This document shows positions 33,722 to 41,032 of a stretch of DNA of 41,032 nt, one piece after another. The translations under genes were made by a program, and so were the position numbers. The stretch comes from Halocafeteria seosinensis (lineage: Eukaryota). Where the stretch lies: positions 186,001 through 227,032 of the forward strand of contig LVLI01000214.1 in NCBI GenBank assembly GCA_001687465.1. The letters run 5' to 3'. The notes beneath the pieces were generated by a model. It saw only the letters and a program-made list of their open reading frames with translations. It ran no database searches and was not told the DNA's origin. Each line of letters starts with the position of its first letter. Position 1 is the stretch's first letter.

Positions 33722-35694
33722 ATGTTACAACTGCGTTGTGGCGTTTACGTTGGGGCCGTTGCAGTATTGGGTCACATGTGTGTGTGTGTGGCTACTCTGA
33801 TAGGGTAAGGGAGTCTTGTGCTATGCACTTACCAGATTAGTTCCCGTAAAATCTATCTTGCAGCCGTGTCGGTTACTCCGCTGACAACAGGAGAATGCCA
33901 CCGACAGAGCAGCTTTCTCCGTCAGCTGTTTGGCTAGCGAGCAGGCTTGGGAGTTCGATGTGCGAGCAGGACACTGGATCACTCCTTACCGACGAGACAA
34001 GGCGTTATTTTTCTCAGTGCTCCAAAAGCCCCATTCGGATTGACAAGAAGAACAGATACATAGAGCATGGAGGCACAGGTAGGGTACGGGTGCAACTTAC
34101 ACATAGCGTTGATGGGTCGAGCGAACATTACTTGTCGCCAAAAGATCCACGTGTGGCTTTGAAGTCGGGTCACTACCTCGCTCAGATGTTATTGCATGAA
34201 AAGAACAAGACATGCTGGTCCATATTACAGTTTCTGGTGAAGTCTGCTAGGGGTGACACAGAACTTGGGCTCCCGCCATGGGTTCCTCCCATCGCAAGCG
34301 AAATTGAACTCGACCAATCCTGTAGTTCGCCGGAGCTGGAAATTGTGACTGCTGTTTCACCTCCTGATCAACTGTACCACCGTCTTCCTTTTGTGGCCCG
34401 GCTCCTTGACGAAAGCTCCCGATGGTACCGCATTCCTAATGCTACCCTCATTATTGGTACGAGAAAATACTTGATGAACCGTGGCCTGGCTTGGGGATAT
34501 CTCGATGTTACTGAGATACAGACGTTTATAGTATATATTGGAGGACGCAAGGTGATTTCTTCGGTAAAGAGACTAGGGCTTAAGTCTTTGCCGCAGTTGG
34601 TAACGATAGACAGCGATGTAACAGGCACACAGCAAATCCCCGGAGGAAGCATTCTGGTGGTCCGGGGCCCCGGTATCGTAATCAGGAGACACGCGTCTCT
34701 TATCATCGGCAAAGGCTCGACCGTCTTCCTTGGTAAGAGCACCGATCTCTTGGTCTACGGGAAGCTTGAAATTCAGGGCACAAAAAGCCACCCTGTTAGC
34801 TTCTTGCCGGAACAGCGAGGGAGTGCATGGGGGGGATTGGCTATCTCTGGTGCCGCTGGTTTCGTAAATGCAACGGACACTTTCTTTGTGGGAGGAGGGG
34901 GTTTCACAAGGCGCATTCCTGTCTTGAGAAAGCCACCCTTCGGCCATCAAAAGGATGCACCCTTAGTTTCTGTTCTTGGAGGGGCAAGTTTCAAGTGCGA
35001 CGGATGTTACCTTTACGATTGCGTTGGGCAAGGTGTAACTGGAACGAACGGGGACGTCTCGTTGAGAAACAGTCTTCTCAGCGGTTTTTCAATGGGAACC
35101 GAGCTATATGATTGCGATGTCAGCATTCACTCGTCCTTGTTGACGGGGTTTCCGACTATTAGTCAGAAGATCTTGGATAATGACAATGACGCATTCTATG
35201 GGGTTGGAGGCTTCATGAAATTTACTCATTCTGTTTTCTCATCTGCTAAAGATGACTGTGTGGACAGTGGAACAGGAACTGGGGGTGACATTACAGCGGA
35301 GGATTGCATTTTCGAAAACTGTTTCCACGAAGGCGTTGCGATTACCAACAAGCCTGGACTGTACAAAACTGTCAAACTGCTTGGTTGTTTGTTCGCAGGT
35401 AACCAACAAGGCTTAGAGTTGGGATGGTCGACAAACCACACTACGGTTACAGCATTCGGCAGTAACTTTGCGTCTAATCTAGTCGGCGTTCGGCTTGGTG
35501 ATAATTACGGGAAAGATATTAACGGATTTTTGAATTTGACACAGTGCACCTTTAGCGGAAACTCAAAGAATGTACTACTCTTACCGTTCAAGAAAAACGG
35601 TGAAGTCAACCCTCTTCAGGATCAGGTCCACTGCTCATCTTTGAATGAAACTCAGGTCCACGTGGTTGATGATCAGCAGGCGGTAATGACTTGA
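33722..35694 (+). CDS. Secreted right-handed parallel beta-helix (pectin-lyase-like) protein; intron 33805-33863
   Basis: Signal-peptide exon MLQLRCGVYVGAVAVLGHMCVCVATLIG splices in frame to the 599-aa ORF. GKLEIQGT..HPV.F, WGGL, DNDNDA, DDCVD and repeated F..N..G motifs indicate beta-helix coils. Confidence 0.75.
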
Positions 35695-36327
35695 TCCTTT
35701 CCGTGAGAGTGCTATTCGCATGCCAGCCTGTAGTATCTGAAAAGCCTGCCCAAAGAAGACAAGGTCGGACAGGTATGGAGGCATCTTTCCTGTAGAGGCT
35801 TTCGCAGATGTCCGTAAAGACGAAATACTCGTGAAATGGCAACGATCCAAGGGCGGCGCTGGTTATGACGCTCTCAGCGGCTCTCTGACGCGATCTAAAA
35901 CGACGTCGAGGCCAACAAAAGGGCCAAAAGGAAGGAATTACCAGTTCCAATGAAGAAAATTTACCCCTTCCAGCTATATTGGAGCGTCAACGCCATCATC
36001 CGCGAACCTGCTTTGAAGACGTTGCAAGAAGCAAGCCCATAAAGTGTAAGATCCGATGGTAACATGCTTCAATTTATATACATTAGCTACAGGGTTGAAC
36101 ATACATACCCGATGCATATGTTACGAACAACACCAATGTTTTAATACTGTATAATTCACTCGATACTGTTCGCGTCCGTTTGTGAAGCAACATTGTGACG
36201 ACAATCATTGTCGGACAATGTCGTATATTTGTCAACCCGAGCGCTGTTGGCTGGCGTGGAATTCGAATGCATTTCTTTACAACTCCATGCTATAACTGAA
36301 TCACCACACGTGAATGGTCCGTTTGAA

Positions 36328-37503
36328 ATGTCATCGTCGTCTGTATCATGCATGACGGAAGCGCCCCTCGTGGTGATCAAATTGGGAGGTTCGGCCATCA
36401 CACAGAAGCATTTGGAGAATCAAGCGGCTCCAGAGAACATTGACCGCATTGTCGAGCAGATAGCTGCATTTTGGATGCAAAATCCAAAAGTAGACGGAAG
36501 GAAAAAGTATGGAGTCCTCATCGTACATGGTGCCGGCTCCTTTGGCCACCATCAAGCGAAACGCTACCAACTTCACTTGGGTGGGACAGTCGAAGCACTC
36601 GACGAAGCAGCATCAGGAAGTGATACTTTATCCTGGCAAATAGCACTTACCCATTCCGCAGTAATGAATCTGAGCATGCGCATCACGCAGGCACTCATCG
36701 ACCGTCACATTCCAGCAGTGAACTGTGCTCCTTTCGGGAACTGGGTAACTCAGAATGGTGAACAGAAGGTACAGCAATGGGATCCTCACAGCATTTCTGA
36801 ACTACTTCGAAGAGATTTTGTCCCCGTCTTACATGGAGATACTGTTTTTGATACCAAAGAAATGGTCAACATTTTATCCGGAGACACGATAATGCATACC
36901 TTGTCTGAACACTTTAGGTACGTGGATACTACGCGGATCTACTGGGCACAACTATTGAATAACCATAAGCTGCTCGCAGAGTAGAGCATTGCATATTTGT
37001 TTCAAACGTCGATGGAATTTTTACGGAGCCTCCCACAGATCCTACTGCGCGACTTATTGTTCTTGTTAGTGTCAACGATGAGTCGAAAACGGTGCAAGAT
37101 CTCTACATTGAGGATGAGTCGAAGGCTCTTCAGCGAATCTCGTTTTCATCCTTGGGGACAGAGGTAGCCACTCATGACGTCACAAACGGAATCCAGGGAA
37201 AAATTCAAGTAAGTTATCTCTTACTATACATCCGTTCGGTTGGATAGAATTCGTCTGGACTGATTCCATGTTTTTCAGGCCGCTCAGCAAGCGTTGTTTC
37301 CAAAATCCGCAAGCAGAGTCCAAGGCACAGAGTGCATGGTCTCGATCGTAGGGTGTCAAAGCGATGCACTCAAGGAAAGTTTACTTAACATACTAGGCAA
37401 TGAACCGGCAAAAAACAATGCCCGTCAAGTTCGTGGAACCCATTTTCTCACCAGCACCCAAATGAAGGTCATGTCCCTCTCAGAGATCGAACGCTCGGTA
37501 TAG
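36328..37503 (+). CDS. IPK: Isopentenyl phosphate kinase (amino-acid kinase family); introns 36918-36979 and 37209-37278
   Basis: VIKLGGSAITQK, IVHGAGSFGH (IPK-diagnostic His), PVLHGD, ILSGDTI, SNVDGIF..PP, DVTNGIQGKI. Confidence 0.88.
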
Positions 37504-37690
37504 ATTCCTATTTCTTTTCTCCTCCGAACTATCGCTTGAAAAGTGGTAGGCTCTAACACGGTGATATTCCGAGAACTTGAATTCCCATTATTACCTGTTC
37601 TGCTGGCGCAGTGTTCCTAGGGCATCAGAGTGGCCAGAAGTGTTAGACCTAACCAGAGGCTTTCTTCCTTTCCAAAACGGGAAACAGACT

Positions 37691-38889
37691 TCAGCTCTCA
37701 GCTCTAACGTACCGCCATGCTAAGTACATAACCAGGGCGGTGACAATCATTCCGCCGTAGACGATTGCCTTATCGCCGGCCGACCTCCGCTCAATTGCCC
37801 TAATGAGTGACCTACCGACCGAGAGACTGTTGATCATATCTAAAACTCGACGTTGTGCTCCCTGTACGTTGAACGGAGAAGTTCATAAGAGAAAAGCAGA
37901 TGCAAAAAAAGCACTCAACTGGGAAGACATACCTTCAGTGTCGCTCGTTGCTCTCTTAAACGGGAACCAATTGTTGCTGCGATGTTCGTATATTCGTCAA
38001 TCATTTGATGAGACCTTTCTAAAGATTGTTGCTCCTTCGAATATTCATTGATAGCAATGTATTGAGAGCCCTGCGTATTTCTTGAGTAGTCCTAGGTGCA
38101 TCGAGTATCCGAACGCAGCCTGCTAAAAAGACTTACGGTTGCCGACCCGGCACCTCGAAATAACTCCTCCCGTTCCTTTTCTAACCTGCTCAAATAGATC
38201 TAAGAAAGTTTTTCTCGTCCTTTCGAATCTAATTACTCCTTTTGGGCTCCTTTGCGTACCTCTTCGACGAATATTGATTACTCATTAGCTTCTGAAGGTT
38301 TCTTCTAGCAGTTTGAGCCCCTTGTTTAAGTTGGTCAATTCTTCTGTAAAACATAATGAAGCAACCCGTAGGTTTCCGAACAGCAGTACTACATGTTGAT
38401 CAATCACTCGTCGTACGTTTTCATGGGAACTAGGGTCCTCCTTGATTCTTCGGCAGCATTCCCATAAGCTTCTTGGAAGCTGCGTTGGAGCTCGTCGATA
38501 TCTCTGAGGAGAGCATTGATTTCCTGGGAGATTTCACTTTTTCTCTGGTTGGAGCAATCGCCGTTGCCTTCGGCAACTTCATTAAGAGCGAAATCAACGT
38601 TCGCTAACTGACGCTGAAGCTGTGAAAGCTTTAATTTCATGTACGCCTGGGAACCTCCAGAGCTCCCGTTCGAGGACGATTCCACCGGACGATTTCCTCG
38701 ATGATGAAGACTGTTCGCAGTCTTTTCGTTACGATCGCTGCCTGCAGACGCAGTAAATCCTCCTCTAGAGGTGCTAGCATGCTCTTGGACTCCATTCTGT
38801 GGGCGAGAATAAGTGCTATTCACGGAAGGAGCTGCCCCAAAGCCATACTTCCTGTAACTTGGCTTGCTCTCTCTAGTCGTGGACGCCAT
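37691..38889 (-). CDS. GOSR2: Qb-SNARE membrin/Bos1 (GOSR2), multi-exon
   Basis: Spliced product: EREELF...EQQSLERSHQMIDEY...LREQRATLKGAQRRVLDMINSLSVGRSLIRAIERRSAGDKAIVYGGMIVTALVMYLAWRY, with C-terminal TM. Intron 38344-38416 plus three more; most exons are absent from the ORF track. Confidence 0.88.
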
Positions 38890-39046
38890 AATTGAGTGTT
38901 CTTTAAAAAATAACCAGAGTTACGCTATTATGAAAATACAATCTGAAACCATACTATCGACTCGATAGTATCGAGCGGTATAGGACTGGGTACTTAAGAG
39001 CATACCTAGTAAGGTTGAAGTACTGTTGTACGAGCCTGAGAAATCA

Positions 39047-39230
39047 GCTTGAAGCAGGGGGGGCGGCATTGCGCCGCGGCAACTGACGAAGGTGGTAAAC
39101 GGGGCCTCCGGGTTTTGCGCTAGGGGATGCTGTGTTGTGCTAGGGGATTTACCCGTGCCGTGGCGGGGCATTCCGTGCCCGCCCGGTATTGCCCGGCCCT
39201 CTCGCCCTGCAAGCCGGCGCTCAAAGGGGG
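39047..39230. other. GC-rich self-complementary intergenic element (candidate structured RNA or regulatory element)
   Basis: 116/170 GC counted over 39061-39230; several hairpins and an enclosing stem; 10-nt direct repeat GCTAGGGGAT. Confidence 0.4.
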
Positions 39231-40048
39231 TAATCTTACAGAGGAATCGCAAGACATATGCTACGTGTAGTGAATGACTACCATGGCAGTTATGTTCTAC
39301 TTTCCATTCTCATTAGATCACGAATTGATGCATTTCTATTCACCAAGGGATAGGTGTTTTCCGATACTTTGAATCTAGCGTCACAAGGGCGAGCGTTTAG
39401 AAGAACGATGGCGCATAGTAGGCTTAGATACTAAAACCAGGAGGATTTCCGTGGCATTACAAAATGGAAATACGTCCAACGCATCCAAACAATTGCCTGA
39501 GAGACTGTCCGTCCGCTTACTACAGACGGGAGATGCGTGTTGTACAAGCCGAGTTCTGAACTTCTGATACATGCATCGAACTTGGTACAGAGATACCCCA
39601 AGCTATGAGGAAACAGAACGCACAATGCAGGTGGATTTGGTACGCAGTCTTGCTTCCTTTAGCTCCCGTTCTCTCGAGGCCAATTCTCATTGGCCATAGA
39701 GAGCCAGGAAATCGATCGAACCACGATGGACGATGGACTTCCCAAGATGTTGACCACAAGAAACTTGCAAGCGATAATAGCTCGGCAGCAAACGACGCTC
39801 TTGATGGCGCCTGTATATGTATTAAGGGAACATGAAACTCCAAGTGACCCTAAGCAGATGGTTGCTTAAGCTCCACAGAAGGACGCGAGATACACAAAGC
39901 CACAGGACGGAACTCATCGCCTCACTGGTTACACGAGGTGTTTCTTACTGCATGGAGCCATAATTATATTGTGCAGACACAAACGCAAAGCTACGGATCA
40001 TATAGCTATGTGAATGGTGGTTTTACGGAGTAGTAGCGTTGTTAGGTT

Positions 40049-41032
40049 TTACTCACGAGAAGAAGTAGTATTGGGGAGGTAAGGAAGCAGCTGACGGTAG
40101 CGTTCGTACACTAGATCTTTTTCTGAATAACACATTAAAACCTGCAGGAAAAAGGCACGAGCTACTGATATTGCGATCATGCCACTGTGCCTATCAGCCT
40201 GAAAATGCGTGGGGGTAGGAAATCGGATCTCTTTGTGAAGCGATGCGAGGTCAGTCTGGGATACAGTTTTCCCCCATGGCAATAGGGACTCTATCCACTC
40301 TCCGTGTTTTCGATGAGCATACGCAACATCTGCTGTCTCTGAGACAAGCTGCGGCCCAATGGACAGTACTCTGCACTGTCTGCCTTTGGATAACGTGAAG
40401 AAGGCGATGGTCCATATCGGAAAATCATTGTTGTCGTCTTCTTCATCCGAATGCTTTCTGACAAACACGCAAGATTGGTCTGCGCGATCGAGGGAATTCT
40501 TGAGCTCTTGGAACTCTGTTAGGGCTTTATCCGCCTCCTTAAACACATGCACGTTTGGGAGTTGCTTCCGCATTAGAGATATCAACACCGACTCTGGCAC
40601 AATACCTCCTTGCAGGATTTGAACAATGTCTCGAACCGATAGACTAGCTCCGTCGCGCGGTTCAATACAGCTCTTGTCCATGTCTGTCTCGTTGCTGAGA
40701 TTGAAAAGCCGCGTCACCGCTTCGGAGCTTAGTCTGGGTTCGTAATCTGGTATAATCGCCTTCGGGTCGTCTCGACTCTCATTCAAAATAAGAGCCTCTC
40801 TACTGCTTCCGATCATCCGCGTTTTAACGGCTTCCCGCCTAGTAAATCTTTCTCGCGCTCCCTCGGACATGCGATCCCAACGGACCTGCAACGGACAACG
40901 ATTACAAAAACGGAGGTACAAGTANTNGGTGCTTCTGGAAAGTGNGATAGGGTACCTTCATACGTCCCGACGGTCGAGATGGTTGACTCAGGCGTTCTGC
41001 AGCAAAACATCTCAACTCAGGGACGAATTCGT
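40049..41032 (-). CDS. 3' part of a gene continuing beyond the window; C-terminal degenerate Ulp1/peptidase C48-like domain; intron 40886-40955
   Basis: 290-aa ORF joins an upstream open exon (EFVPELRC...GRMK|VRWDRM). Motifs NVHVF, IWTIAFF, RVLSIGP and PTHFQADRHSGMIAI occupy the positions of the C48 HW.L, YDS and PQQ..DCG motifs. Confidence 0.55.

Noticed and set aside
33777..33790. (TG)7 microsatellite
   Set aside because: Short and in frame within the signal-peptide exon; no evidence of phase variation.
38404..38406. TGA apparently truncating the SNARE gene (possible read-through or selenocysteine)
   Set aside because: It lies inside a normal GT-AG intron (38344-38416).
39105..39135. TTTGCGCTAGGGG resembles the U4 snRNA 5' end (or U6 on the minus strand)
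   Set aside because: No U6 ACAGAGAAGATTAGC box, U4 kink-turn or Sm site found; the match is too short.
39381..39843. Overlapping short ORFs on both strands
   Set aside because: No recognisable motif or consistent exon structure.
40925..40947. Three ambiguous N bases
   Set aside because: They fall within predicted intron 40886-40955 and probably reflect polymorphism or consensus ambiguity.
1..41032. CRISPR arrays, retron/RT systems, transposases, tRNA/rRNA, alternative genetic code
   Set aside because: No repeat-spacer arrays, RT or transposase motifs, or tRNA/rRNA signatures seen; TAA, TAG and TGA all terminate conserved genes.

Overview
Gene-dense eukaryotic (protist-like) genomic DNA with short GT-AG introns (mostly 55-110 nt), very short intergenic gaps and about 20 protein-coding genes. 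No prokaryotic operon, CRISPR array, rRNA or tRNA was seen. Most genes had to be assembled by hand across introns; all family assignments come from recalled motifs, not from searches. Recognisable genes: alpha-N-methyltransferase NTMT1, RAD52, diacylglycerol lipase, uroporphyrinogen decarboxylase, CCCH-CUE-Smr nuclease, cytosolic LeuRS, Topors-like RING E3, isopentenyl phosphate kinase and a membrin/Bos1 Qb-SNARE. The most notable items only appear after splicing: (1) a divergent meiotic TopoVIB-like (MTOPVIB/TOP6BL) gene that splices in-frame to a C-terminal Ku70-type SAP domain, about 4 kb from RAD52; (2) a Rad60/Esc2/NIP45-like protein with tandem SUMO-like domains; (3) a UROD with a tail-anchor-like C-terminus; (4) a Ulp1/C48-like domain lacking catalytic residues; (5) an intron-poor block of secretory glycan-modifying genes with possible lesions; (6) a GC-rich, self-complementary intergenic element that may be an ncRNA.
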